Positions 47,601 to 56,372 are shown, counted from the first letter of the stretch. The stretch is 64,000 bases of DNA from Clostridia bacterium (GCA_017936615.1 JAGBFF010000044.1:8609-72608), one strand, 5' to 3'. Numbers and translations: made by a program. The notes: generated from the letters alone by a model not told the origin.

Positions 47601-48481
47601 TGACCGTCAACAGCACCCAAACGGCGGTAGCGGATCACGGCCCGTGGCTGGAGGGTACGAGCGTCACCGTGACAGCGGGAGGCGACTACGCTATCTTTGC
47701 TTACAACGGCCTGACGGTGAGCGACAAATTGACGGTGTCCACTCCTGAAGGAGGCGTTATCGGCGAGCTGTCCGAGGACGACTATACTTACGGCACGGTG
47801 GTGTATGAGGGTGCTCCCGCGAAGGATGTGGCGCTCAAGCCTCTCGGCTATACCGTGAAGTTCTACGGCTTGAAAAACACGATGCAGGCGCTGGTTCCGG
47901 CGGGTCATTCTTTGAACGAAACGTATTGCGATAGATTTGGTGTCGAGGATTTCTCTGAAATATTCAACACGGAAAAGGACGGCTACCTCTTCGGCGGCTG
48001 GTACACCGATGAATCTTGCACAGCGGGCAACGAGTTCGCGTTTGACGCATCCGTGGCAGCAGATACGGCCGTGTACGCCAAATGGATTCCGCTTCACGCG
48101 GTCAGCGTGGAAACGGTCGATGGCGGCACGGTGACGGTGAGCCCCGAAATCGTTGCTCCCGGTGAGACGGTGGTGATCACGCTTGCCCCCGACGAAGGCA
48201 AGGAAGTGGACACCGTTACGGTCACCGACAAGGACGGCAACACCGTTACGGTGACTGCCGAGGAGGACGGTACCTATTTCTTCATCCAACCGGAGACCGA
48301 GGTTACCGTCCGCGTGACGTACAAGAATATGCAAGCGGCAGCTCCCGATACCGAGGAGGATACACAGACTCCGCCGACCGGGGATAGCGGTGTGTCGTTG
48401 CTGTGGCCGGTACTGCTGGCCGCCAGCGGGATCTGCCTGGCAGTGTGTGGCAAAAGAAACCGAGCATCCGCGAAAAACTAA
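44675..48481 (+). CDS. large secreted, cell-wall-anchored repeat protein (beta-helix-like modules, Flg_new/Listeria-Bacteroides repeats, Ig-like domains)
   Basis: GTG 44675 follows aaggagga. Signal peptide KTRSAFVKPLFSVLLCLALMLAYVPSFVLAQE. Flg_new-type repeats (VTFDANGG..., LYYDANGG...GYVFNGWNT...VTLYAQW, ...GYLFGGWYTDE...AVYAKW). C-terminal TPPTGD, a hydrophobic helix, then KRNRASAKN. Confidence 0.8.
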   Translation: MKTRSAFVKPLFSVLLCLALMLAYVPSFVLAQEPAVLGDFTVTSADGVTALTDGTDYTYTDGTLTITTDTPVVIGMKDGVATTDDVIVTDSTVGETTVTFHNLHIDTTEDEAITVQGSAATVLIFSGTNTLSSADTGIDVSDETPLRITSSDAGSLTIADVKYGIACIAYSATEALEIGGNIKLSIQNCSSHAVYYRYGAVAFSGTPTVDIDTYTYAIYGIGVDIAGGTFTLKNDDGYIICSGSGNPLTLSGTADLHITEGERGLYTSGGKITITDSAKLKVYGGSADSKTPAIVDCAISSSELLINKNAIVDVHTKEDAISGGTTKIADDARVNITIACTSSSSQHAIRFDSPLEIGDRAHIDIGISGSKIYGLYDITDGVVNISGSAVVNIRGAYRAVYADALNLSGNAAVSIADDLNYAIYGVVSLQDSATLTATSTSKKVLYDAFTVTPATGEAYMVKVGASEESATTEYYKEKTTVSEKSAWRYFHASATDKVPVNVTFDANGGAAIDPITVTYGEKYGKLPSSAVTGLSGGDSNWYVVDENGAVTETKITKLSTVGLTRDHQLFVVRKVLAPTLKITLTVPGAISNDYQYYVPGNSKRILTVTVNNQNTDVLEYTYQWYKDGAAITDATGAVLELDGDVSDNGTYTVKVTATLKDGSGIVVTSNTASAEKEQKVKILHAANTLYYDANGGEDGPSSNYTGGVTLAVVQEAPTRTGYVFNGWNTAADGSGDGYTAGSTYTFAEDGGNGGCSVTLYAQWIKAYDLYVGGVRVTEANKNDVFGDGTVIYDAETNTLTLNGYEYAGEGYLYRRGDENDVYYAAIYSTGSLNVRLVGSNTIKNTADGVAENQYGDGVITEGDVTFAGDGTLNLYGSFGVGCNGQMTVAEGVLVLFTTDNGIVAGDVVVKDGAVVIVETERDGITALLGGVTVEGAEVVVTASRDGIYADGDVTITDSSVQIKAEGDGVYSYDGKVTVNSTQTAVADHGPWLEGTSVTVTAGGDYAIFAYNGLTVSDKLTVSTPEGGVIGELSEDDYTYGTVVYEGAPAKDVALKPLGYTVKFYGLKNTMQALVPAGHSLNETYCDRFGVEDFSEIFNTEKDGYLFGGWYTDESCTAGNEFAFDASVAADTAVYAKWIPLHAVSVETVDGGTVTVSPEIVAPGETVVITLAPDEGKEVDTVTVTDKDGNTVTVTAEEDGTYFFIQPETEVTVRVTYKNMQAAAPDTEEDTQTPPTGDSGVSLLWPVLLAASGICLAVCGKRNRASAKN

Positions 48482-48496
48482 TTCATTTTGAGCTTC

Positions 48497-48528
48497 AAAA
48501 AGCAGCGTTGCATAAACGCTGCTTTTTC
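48497..48528 (+). terminator. intrinsic terminator
   Basis: aaaaagcagcgtt gcataa acgctgcttttt hairpin. Confidence 0.8.
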
Positions 48529-48655
48529 CCTTTTCGGTACGGGGAGATCGCATCGGATCCCCCACAAAACGAGGCTCGGAAATGCCCGCCACATCCTTCG
48601 TCGTTCTGTGCGTTGTATGTGAATATATAAAATCAAGAGGAACAGCTGTTTAGAC

Positions 48656-48684
48656 TTGATTTCACGGGCGAAATCGTGTATAAT
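48656..48684 (+). promoter_or_regulatory. promoter of polysaccharide cassette 2
   Basis: TTGATT, 17-nt spacer, TATAAT. Confidence 0.55.
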
Positions 48685-48818
48685 TCAAATATCTGTAATC
48701 ATCTTGCCGGTGTTCCTCGTCTTTGGACTTGAAAAACACACACGCGCATCGCGTGGATCGGCAGCGGAACGGCAGTTTTGCCGCGCTTCGCACCGTATGG
48801 GATAAGGAAGTTTGTCGT

Positions 48819-49871
48819 ATGAAAAAGGCTTGCGTGATAGGACACTTCGGGTTTGGGCACACCTTGCTGAACGGTCAGACGATCAAAACCAAGATCGTTA
48901 CCGCCGAGTTGGAAAAGAACCTGCCAGGGCAGGTCATGACGATCGATACGCACGGTGGTATCAAATCGCTGATAAAAGCGCCTTTTCACTGCTTTAAGGC
49001 GCTGCGGGGGAGTCAAAATATCGTGATATTGCCTGCCCACAAGGGGTTACGGGTATATGCGCCGTTGCTCGTGCTTTTGCGGTATTTCTTTCGTGGCAGA
49101 CGCCTGCACTACGCCGTGGTCGGCGGCTGGTTGCCTGCGATGCTGAAATCCAAGAAGGGCCTTGCCAAGGCCTTAAAGCGGTTTGATCACATCTATGCGG
49201 AAACCGGCACGGCACAGCGCGCGCTGGAGGCGCTTGGCTTTAATAACATTGCGATCATGCCCAACTGCAAGGAGCTGGAACTTCTGCCGGAAGACGCGCT
49301 CGTGTACGACGTGAGCGAACCGTATCCGCTGTGCACCTTTTCCCGCGTGATGAGGGAAAAGGGCATCGAGGACGCGGTTGCGGCTGTGAAAGCGGTCAAC
49401 GAGGCCGTGGGAAGAACCGTGTATCGTCTGGACATCTACGGTCAGGTGGACGGGGGACAGGTGACGTGGTTCGACGAGCTGCAGAAGACCCTTCCCGACT
49501 ATGTGACCTACGGCGGCACGGTGCCTTTTGATCAGAGCGTCGAAGTGCTAAAGAACTATTTCGCGCTGCTGTTTCCCACACGGTTTTACACCGAGGGTAT
49601 CCCCGGCACCGTGATCGACGCCTATGCGGCAGGTGTACCGGTGATCGGTACGCGGTGGGAGAGCTTTGCAGATATGATCGATGACGGCGTGACCGGCATC
49701 GGGTATACGTTTGGGAGCGTTGAAGAATTGACAGAAATTTTGATGGCGTGTGCCGAGGAACCGGATAGGGTTCTCCGCATGAAGGCGGCGTGCCTGACCA
49801 AGGCGGAGGAGTATCTGCCGCGCCGGGCTGTACAGGTGCTGCTGGAGCGGATGGGCGCGGCGGAAGCGTAA
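48819..49871 (+). CDS. glycosyltransferase, GT4 family
   Basis: RBS aaggaag before ATG 48819. LFPTRFYTEGIPGTVIDAYAAGVPVIGTRW motif. Confidence 0.8.
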   Translation: MKKACVIGHFGFGHTLLNGQTIKTKIVTAELEKNLPGQVMTIDTHGGIKSLIKAPFHCFKALRGSQNIVILPAHKGLRVYAPLLVLLRYFFRGRRLHYAVVGGWLPAMLKSKKGLAKALKRFDHIYAETGTAQRALEALGFNNIAIMPNCKELELLPEDALVYDVSEPYPLCTFSRVMREKGIEDAVAAVKAVNEAVGRTVYRLDIYGQVDGGQVTWFDELQKTLPDYVTYGGTVPFDQSVEVLKNYFALLFPTRFYTEGIPGTVIDAYAAGVPVIGTRWESFADMIDDGVTGIGYTFGSVEELTEILMACAEEPDRVLRMKAACLTKAEEYLPRRAVQVLLERMGAAEA

Positions 49872-49897
49872 CATGATGCGGGTGTGGGGTGTGAATC

Positions 49898-50995
49898 GTG
49901 AAACGGCTGTTATGTGTGATAAGCGGTATGAATGCCGGTGGTGCCGAAGGCTTCTTGATGAAGGTGTACCGCGGTCTGGATAAAAGTAAGTACCAGATGG
50001 ATTTTTGCATTAATGTCAGGGAAAAATGCTTTTATGAGGATGAGATCCTGGCCATGGGGGGCAAGATCTATCGCATCCCTTCCAAATCAGAGAACTTAAA
50101 AGAATTCAAGCGGCAGCTAGCCGAAACGGTTTGTAACAACGGATACGATCACGTGATCCGTGTGACCTCCAGCGCGATGGGATTTATGGATCTAAAGATC
50201 GCTAAAAAAGCGGGAGCTCGTGTTTGCTGTGCCCGTTCGAGCAATTCCAGTGACGGCGATGGGTTGAAGGCCAAGGTGGCTCACCGCCTCGGCAGATTAC
50301 TGTACCGTCGGTATGTGGATGTGAGGATCGCGCCGAGTGATCTCGCTGCGAAGTATACGTTCGGAAACGCGGTGTATGCGCGGGGCGGCGTGAACATCGT
50401 TCATAACGGTGTCGACCTTAGCGTGTTCCGTTACGATGCTCAGGCGCGGGATGTGATCCGCGCGGAGCTGTCCGTTCCTCAGGATGCTAAACTGATCGGT
50501 CACGTCGGACGGTTTGATCCGCAAAAGAATCATATGTTTTTGCTGGAGATATTCCGCGAGATTCATGCGCTTGACCCAAACACCCGACTGGTGTTGGTCG
50601 GCAAAGGTCCTTTGGAGGAAGCCGTACGGGCAAAGGCCGAGGAACTGGGTATAGCGGACCGCCTGATTTTCACAGGCGTTCGGTCGGACGTACCCAAACT
50701 GTTATCCGCTATGGATGTTTTTGTATTCCCGTCGTTCTACGAGGGAATGCCGAACACGGTGATCGAAGCGCAGGCCACGGGTCTGCCTTGTGTGATTGCC
50801 GACACCATCACACGTGAGGCGAACATCACGGAACTGGTGAACTATTTGCCGTTGACCTCGCCGTCCGAGTGGGCGGAGGCGGCTTTGAAAGCCATCGGTT
50901 CGGAGCGAGCCGATACAACAGCGGCGTTTGTTCGGAACAAATATGACATTGACAGTGTTGTTCGTGAGTTTTCGCGGCTGGTATTTGAGGCGTAA
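49898..50995 (+). CDS. glycosyltransferase, GT4 family (EpsF-like)
   Basis: VFPSFYEGMPNTVIEAQATGLPCVIAD motif. GTG start. Confidence 0.8.
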   Translation: MKRLLCVISGMNAGGAEGFLMKVYRGLDKSKYQMDFCINVREKCFYEDEILAMGGKIYRIPSKSENLKEFKRQLAETVCNNGYDHVIRVTSSAMGFMDLKIAKKAGARVCCARSSNSSDGDGLKAKVAHRLGRLLYRRYVDVRIAPSDLAAKYTFGNAVYARGGVNIVHNGVDLSVFRYDAQARDVIRAELSVPQDAKLIGHVGRFDPQKNHMFLLEIFREIHALDPNTRLVLVGKGPLEEAVRAKAEELGIADRLIFTGVRSDVPKLLSAMDVFVFPSFYEGMPNTVIEAQATGLPCVIADTITREANITELVNYLPLTSPSEWAEAALKAIGSERADTTAAFVRNKYDIDSVVREFSRLVFEA

Positions 50996-51063
50996 AGAGA
51001 GCCGTTCCACCCGATAGTCTCACCATTCTGTTGTATTCCTGCCGGAAAGGGGATGTCATCGCT

Positions 51064-52212
51064 ATGTACATTGTATATCTGGTACTTGCCGGTGTGCAGG
51101 CTTGGTACGCCACCAAAAAAGGGTGGATGGCTGATACCAAGGGCAAGGGCCGTTATTTGGCGCTGTGCTGTGCTGAGTTGATCCTGCTGGTGGCGCTGCG
51201 CGGAAGAGGCGTCGGCTCAGACACCGCGACGTATCTGGATGCGCTGGCGTATTATTCCTCGTTACCTAAAAGTGAGGTCTTGTTTGCGGGCTTGATCAAG
51301 CCGTTTGATTTTGAGGTCGCATATTTCGGATTGACCAAGATCTGCGCCTTAATAAATATGCCTCCGCAGGTTTTTTTGGGACTCATTGCCGCGGTGATCT
51401 ACGTTCCGGTGTTTATGTGCATTCATCGGTATTCCAAGCTGCCGTACATCAGCATTCTGGCTTATTTTGCTATCGGGCAATTTGCGTACAGTCTGGGCTT
51501 TTTCCGCCAGCTGATGGCGTTTTCCATCGTGCTGTGTGGGTTGACGTATCTTGAAAAACGAAAGCTGTGGAAATTTCTGCCGTTTGTTCTCATCGCAGCG
51601 ACCTTCCACCGATCGGCGTTGTTTATGGTCGTGCTGTACGTGGCGTATGCCATACCGTTTCAGAAATACGTCAAGTGGCTTATTCCGGCAGAGCTGGCTT
51701 GTTTATTGCTGGGCAGACCAATTTCCCTGGCGATCGTCGCAGTGCTGCCGCGGTATGCTGCTTACATAGGCGGTCGGTACGATGTACAGGGCGGCACGTA
51801 TCTCATGCTGCTGCTGCTGACCGTGCTGCTGCTCGTGCTGATGTATCTCCATCGACGTGGCTTTACCGATAGTCGCCTGCTGATCACGGCATTGACACTG
51901 GCGGTATTCGTGCAGGCGGTGGGGTATTCGATGGCGGTGCTGGGCAGAGCGGTGCTGTACTTTTCGTTTTTTGCGATCTTTGCGTTTTCGGAGATCGTGT
52001 TCGTTATGATGACGAGAACGGATCTGTATGCCACGGTGCGGAATGATCTTGTTTCCGCAGGTGGTTGGTGCGTAAAATTTGCAAAAAAGCACAACCTAAC
52101 GTTGCAGAAAGTGGTGCTGGTTCTGGCTGTCGTGGGGCTGTTCGGTTTATTCCTGTTCAGCTTACTGGGCAACAAATACATTTTCCCGTATACGTTTTGG
52201 TTTATGAACTAA
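51064..52212 (+). CDS. EpsG-family polymerase-like membrane protein (Wzy type)
   Basis: Polytopic protein with the RGRGVGSDTATY motif typical of the EpsG family. RBS ggaaagggga. Confidence 0.7.
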   Translation: MYIVYLVLAGVQAWYATKKGWMADTKGKGRYLALCCAELILLVALRGRGVGSDTATYLDALAYYSSLPKSEVLFAGLIKPFDFEVAYFGLTKICALINMPPQVFLGLIAAVIYVPVFMCIHRYSKLPYISILAYFAIGQFAYSLGFFRQLMAFSIVLCGLTYLEKRKLWKFLPFVLIAATFHRSALFMVVLYVAYAIPFQKYVKWLIPAELACLLLGRPISLAIVAVLPRYAAYIGGRYDVQGGTYLMLLLLTVLLLVLMYLHRRGFTDSRLLITALTLAVFVQAVGYSMAVLGRAVLYFSFFAIFAFSEIVFVMMTRTDLYATVRNDLVSAGGWCVKFAKKHNLTLQKVVLVLAVVGLFGLFLFSLLGNKYIFPYTFWFMN

Positions 52213-52269
52213 TCGCTTCGGGCCGAGTGGCGGTCGTTATTCACACAGGAAAGGTCAAGGTGAAACGTG

Positions 52270-53187
52270 ATGGTTTCTTTTAAAAAAGCAATGAAATACC
52301 TTTTCAATCCCGATTATCGTTTTTTAATCAACGCAAACCAGGGCAAGTACGACGACATGGATAACGAGACCTTCCTGAAACGGAAGTTCAAGGCGTGTAT
52401 CGGACACGAGCTGGATCTGGAGGATCCAAAGACGTTCAATGAAAAACTGCAGTGGCTCAAGCTGTACGGGTGCAAACCGGAGTACGAAGTGTTAGTCGAT
52501 AAATATCGTGTGCGGGATTACATCCGCGACAAGCTGGGGGAGGAGTATTTGATCCCCTTGATCGGTGCGTGGGATTCGCCTGAGGAGATCGACTTTGATG
52601 CGCTGCCCGACAAATTTGTGCTGAAATGCAACCACAATTCAGGTGTCGGTATGTACATCTGTCGGGATAAATCCAAGATGGATGTGCAGCGTGTCAAGAA
52701 AGAACTGTATCGCGGTCTGGCACAGGATTATTATCTGACCGGCAGAGAAACGCCCTACAAGAACGTGCCACGCAAGATCATTTGTGAGCAATTTATGTCG
52801 GACGAGCCCGGTGCTTCCGACTTTACCGACTACAAGTTTTTCTGCTTTGACGGCAAGGTCGATTGCGTGATGGTCTGCCTTGAGCGTTCGAGCGGCGACA
52901 CGAAGTTCTATTTCTTTGATGAAAACTGGGAGCTGAAGCGGCTCAATATCCGCGGTAAACAGGCTCCCGCGGATTTCACGCTTCCCAAGCCCGCGTGTAT
53001 GGACGAGATGTTCAAGATCGCCGCGGAGCTGTCGGTGGGGATGCCGTTCGTGCGCGTGGATCTTTACCAGAGCAACGGACAGATCTATTTCGGCGAGCTG
53101 ACCTTTTTCCCGGACAGCGGCTTTGATGCCAATCTGCTTGCGGAGACCGATGAGTATTTCGGGAGCCTGATAACGTTGGAAAAATAA
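52270..53187 (+). CDS. TupA-like ATP-grasp protein
   Basis: NEKLQWLKLY, DKYRVRDYI, FVLKCNHNSG, YFFDENWE and GELTFFPDSG pattern of the ATPgrasp_TupA family. Confidence 0.75.
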   Translation: MVSFKKAMKYLFNPDYRFLINANQGKYDDMDNETFLKRKFKACIGHELDLEDPKTFNEKLQWLKLYGCKPEYEVLVDKYRVRDYIRDKLGEEYLIPLIGAWDSPEEIDFDALPDKFVLKCNHNSGVGMYICRDKSKMDVQRVKKELYRGLAQDYYLTGRETPYKNVPRKIICEQFMSDEPGASDFTDYKFFCFDGKVDCVMVCLERSSGDTKFYFFDENWELKRLNIRGKQAPADFTLPKPACMDEMFKIAAELSVGMPFVRVDLYQSNGQIYFGELTFFPDSGFDANLLAETDEYFGSLITLEK

Positions 53188-53200
53188 ACGGAGGCGCAGT

Positions 53201-54157
53201 ATGAAAACAGTAGGATTCCCTGTCAGTCACAAGGAAAACGAGAACCGACGAGTGATCGTCCCGGAGGATATTGCCAAGATCACTGCACCCGATCACTTGT
53301 ACATTGAAACGGGATTTGGTGAGGTTCTCGGCTTTTCGGACGAGGATTACGCGCGTATGGGTTGTCACATTTGCTCGCGCGAAGAGGTCTTGGCACAGGA
53401 TATCATCTGTGATCCCAAGGTCGGCGACGGCGACTATCTTGAGTCGCTCGGCGAGGGGCAGACCATTTTCGGCTGGGTTCACGCCACTCAAAACCGTGAT
53501 ATCACCGATAAGATACTCAACGCCAAGCTGACCGCCTACGCGTGGGAGAATATGTTCGATCAGAACCGGCACGTGTTTTGGTTCAATAACGAGCTGGCGG
53601 GTGCGTCGGCCGTTATCCATGCGTTTCAGTGCTACGGTCAGCTGCCGTACGGCCTGCGTGTGGCGGTACTCGGCAACGGTAATACCGCGCGCGGTGCCGT
53701 TCGGGTGTTGAATATGCTCGGCGCAGACGTGATGCAATACGGCCGTCGTCAGGAAGCGCTTTTCAAAGAGGAACTGGGCAATTACGACGTGATCGTCAAC
53801 TGTATCCTTTGGGATGTCAGTCGCAGCGATCATATCATCTATGCCGAGGATCTCAAGCGTATGAAGCGCGGTGCGCTCATCATCGACGTCAGCTGTGACA
53901 GGAACGGCGGTATCGAGACCTGCATCCCCACGTCGATCGAAGCTCCCACATATCTGGTGGACGGTGTGATGCATTATGCAGTTGATCACACGCCCTCGTT
54001 GTTTTATAAGACGTTCTCGTACGACAACTCCAAGATCATAGGGGCATATATCAACGAATTGATGAGCGGCAATATTGGCCCTGTGCTGAACGATGCGCTG
54101 ATCATCGAAAACGGTATTGTCATTGATCAGGAAATCAATAAATTTCAAAACCGTTGA
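53201..54157 (+). CDS. N5-(carboxyethyl)ornithine synthase-family dehydrogenase (AlaDH/PNT fold)
   Basis: GFPVSHKENENRRV, EGQTIFGWVHA, VLGNGNTARGAV (Rossmann) and LIIDVSCDRNGGIE motifs. Co-linear by eye with Lactococcus CEOS. Confidence 0.65.
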   Translation: MKTVGFPVSHKENENRRVIVPEDIAKITAPDHLYIETGFGEVLGFSDEDYARMGCHICSREEVLAQDIICDPKVGDGDYLESLGEGQTIFGWVHATQNRDITDKILNAKLTAYAWENMFDQNRHVFWFNNELAGASAVIHAFQCYGQLPYGLRVAVLGNGNTARGAVRVLNMLGADVMQYGRRQEALFKEELGNYDVIVNCILWDVSRSDHIIYAEDLKRMKRGALIIDVSCDRNGGIETCIPTSIEAPTYLVDGVMHYAVDHTPSLFYKTFSYDNSKIIGAYINELMSGNIGPVLNDALIIENGIVIDQEINKFQNR

Positions 54158-54192
54158 TCGGTACGGTATTCATTGCCGGAAAGGAAACCGTC

Positions 54193-55668
54193 GTGCAACA
54201 AGAGTTAAGTAAAAAAATAGGCAAAGCCGCCAAGTGGTCCAGCACTACCGAGATCATGGCAAAGCTGATCTCACCGCTGGTCAATATGGTTCTGGCGCGG
54301 CTGCTTTGTCCGGAAGAGCTGGGCGTGGTGGCGACCATCACGATGATCATCAGCTTTGCCGAGGTGTTTACAGACGCCGGATTTCAAAAATACCTTATCC
54401 AACACGAATTCGATTCGGGGGAGGCGCTGGATCGGAGCACCGATGTCGCTTTTTGGACGAACCTGTCGTTTTCGGCGTTGGTTTGTGTTATCATATTTGT
54501 GTTCCGGCACGACATCGCGGCACTTGTCGGTAATCCCGACCTCGGTAACGCCATCAGTATCGCTTCGATCAGCATCCTCCTGGTTGCTTTTTCCAGTATC
54601 CAAATGGCGCGTTACAAGCGGGACTTTGATTTCAAGACCCTGTTTTTCGTGCGGATCGGCACCTCACTGATCCCCGTCGTAGTCACCATTCCGTTGGCGG
54701 TCTGGCTCAGAAACTTCTGGGCACTGTTGATTGGAACGCTGGTAGCTAACCTGTTTAACGCCGTGGTCCTGACAGCGAAATCGAAGTGGAAGCCGCGGCT
54801 TTACTACAATTTCCGTTTGTTTAAGGAAATGTTCTCCTTCAGTGCGTGGACCCTGCTGGAGAGTATTGCGATATGGCTGACGTCGTATATTGATATTTTT
54901 ATCGTCGGTCGGTACCTGAGTGAGCATTACCTCGGGTTGTATAAGACGGCGATGACGACGGTGAATTCCTATCTGGCCATCGTCACCGCCTCGGTGATTC
55001 CTGTTTTGTTTTCTGCATTATCCCGAGCGCAAAACGACGAAAAGGAATTTCGCTCGACATACTATACCTTCCAAAGGCTGACAGCGGTGCTGGTTATACC
55101 GATGGGTATCGGTATGTTCTTGTACAGCGATCTTGTGACGAGCATCCTGCTCGGGTCGCAGTGGATGGAGGCCAGCGCGTTTATCGGCATTTGGAGCCTT
55201 ACCGGTGTGGTAACGGTCGTTTTCTCTTACTTTTCCAGTGAGGTGTATCGCAGCAAGGGCGAGCCCAAGATCTCGTTGATCACGCAGGTGATCCACTTGG
55301 GTTTCCTGATTCCCACGTTGCTGCTCACCGTGAGTCACGGCTTTGAGACGCTGTATATTGCCCGCTCTCTTGTCAGAGTTCAGGGCATATTCACAGGACT
55401 CATCATTATGCACGTGCGTTACGGGTTCAAGATACACCACGTGCTTAAAAATATTTTCCCGATGACGGTTGCCGCCGTCATTATGGGCGTCGCCGGCTTT
55501 GGCCTGCAATTTGTGGCGGATGGTCTTTTGTGGGATCTTGTAGCCATCGTGCTCTGCGTTATCGTGTATTTTACGGCACTGTTTGTCCTGTTCCCAAAAA
55601 CGAGGCGCGAGATTTTGGACAGCGCATATGCCCAAAAGCTGCTCGGTAAATTCAAAAAAACACCGTGA
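54193..55668 (+). CDS. wzx: Wzx-type flippase (MOP superfamily)
   Basis: About 14 TM helices with a polysaccharide-biosynthesis-protein N-terminus (KWSSTTEIMAKLISPLVNMVLARLL). GTG 54193 follows ggaaaggaa; the track ORF begins at TTG 54154. Confidence 0.8.
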   Translation: MQQELSKKIGKAAKWSSTTEIMAKLISPLVNMVLARLLCPEELGVVATITMIISFAEVFTDAGFQKYLIQHEFDSGEALDRSTDVAFWTNLSFSALVCVIIFVFRHDIAALVGNPDLGNAISIASISILLVAFSSIQMARYKRDFDFKTLFFVRIGTSLIPVVVTIPLAVWLRNFWALLIGTLVANLFNAVVLTAKSKWKPRLYYNFRLFKEMFSFSAWTLLESIAIWLTSYIDIFIVGRYLSEHYLGLYKTAMTTVNSYLAIVTASVIPVLFSALSRAQNDEKEFRSTYYTFQRLTAVLVIPMGIGMFLYSDLVTSILLGSQWMEASAFIGIWSLTGVVTVVFSYFSSEVYRSKGEPKISLITQVIHLGFLIPTLLLTVSHGFETLYIARSLVRVQGIFTGLIIMHVRYGFKIHHVLKNIFPMTVAAVIMGVAGFGLQFVADGLLWDLVAIVLCVIVYFTALFVLFPKTRREILDSAYAQKLLGKFKKTP

Positions 55669-55734
55669 TCCGTGTGAGAAAGGAATGCAGGGGTACTTTC
55701 CCGGCGTTTCGACAGGTGAGAGTCTGCCGTATCG

Positions 55735-55790
55735 ATCTCCTTGCTTTACATACGCCCCGTTGGGTTGTGTAAAGCAAGGAGATTTTTCTT
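55735..55790 (+). terminator. intrinsic terminator after cassette 2
   Basis: atctccttgctttaca (55735-55750) pairs with tgtaaagcaaggagat (55768-55783), followed by TTTTTCTT. Confidence 0.7.
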
Positions 55791-55836
55791 GTATGACGAT
55801 ATATTGCGCGCAGAAAGAAATACCGCGAGGTGAATT

Positions 55837-56043
55837 TCACCTCGCTTTTTTGTAGTTGCTCGGTGAAATGCCAAAGTGATTTTTGAAGGCCCGACTAAAA
55901 ACATAAATTGATGAAAATCCCAATTCATTAGACACATCGGATACGGATTGAGATGCAAGTAGTATTTTGGCTGACCGCATACGCTTATCGTTACGGTAAG
56001 CGATAAGGCTGATACCGTATCTATTTTTAAAACGATGTTCCAA
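55837..56043 (-). pseudogene. AraC-family regulator, C-terminal HTH fragment only
   Basis: Only the last ~68 codons remain (..RMRSAKILL....VSDVSNELGFSSIYVFSRAFKNHFGISPSNY). No sensor domain or first HTH. Confidence 0.75.
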
Positions 56044-56232
56044 ATGACACTTACCGATCCTGTTTATTTTGAAGAAGATTTAAAGGTTACGATTCAGGCG
56101 CTTGGCTGGAGAAGCGAGGGGAGATATCTGCCGCTTCAAGACGATATTTCTTCGGTGGCATATTGGTATTCCGATACGTTGGATGACACTTATCCGGCAT
56201 TTCCCTCGAAAAATGATTTGGAAATCATCTGA
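56035..56232 (+). pseudogene. DUF2961 (GH172-like) protein, C-terminal fragment only
   Basis: FEEDLKVTIQALGW...GRYLPLQDDISSVAYWY matches the DUF2961 C-terminus; about 300 N-terminal codons are missing. Abuts the AraC fragment head-to-head. Confidence 0.7.
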
Positions 56233-56372
56233 TGTAAAATATCAATTATAGAGTATAAATCTCCTTGTTTTACAGATGCGGTTAGAATACAAATAGTCTT
56301 TTTTCGCAGTATAAAACTCCCTTGTTGACAGATAATAACAGTGTTATCAAATCAACAAAGGAGTTTTTATAT

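Noticed and set aside
44645-48592. 622-aa and 633-aa minus-strand ORFs opposite the surface-protein gene.
   Set aside because: Antisense artefacts. The plus-strand product has a signal peptide, repeats and a sorting signal.
53012-54148. 378-aa minus-strand ORF opposite the CEOS-like gene.
   Set aside because: Antisense artefact. The plus-strand frame has a Rossmann motif and an RBS.
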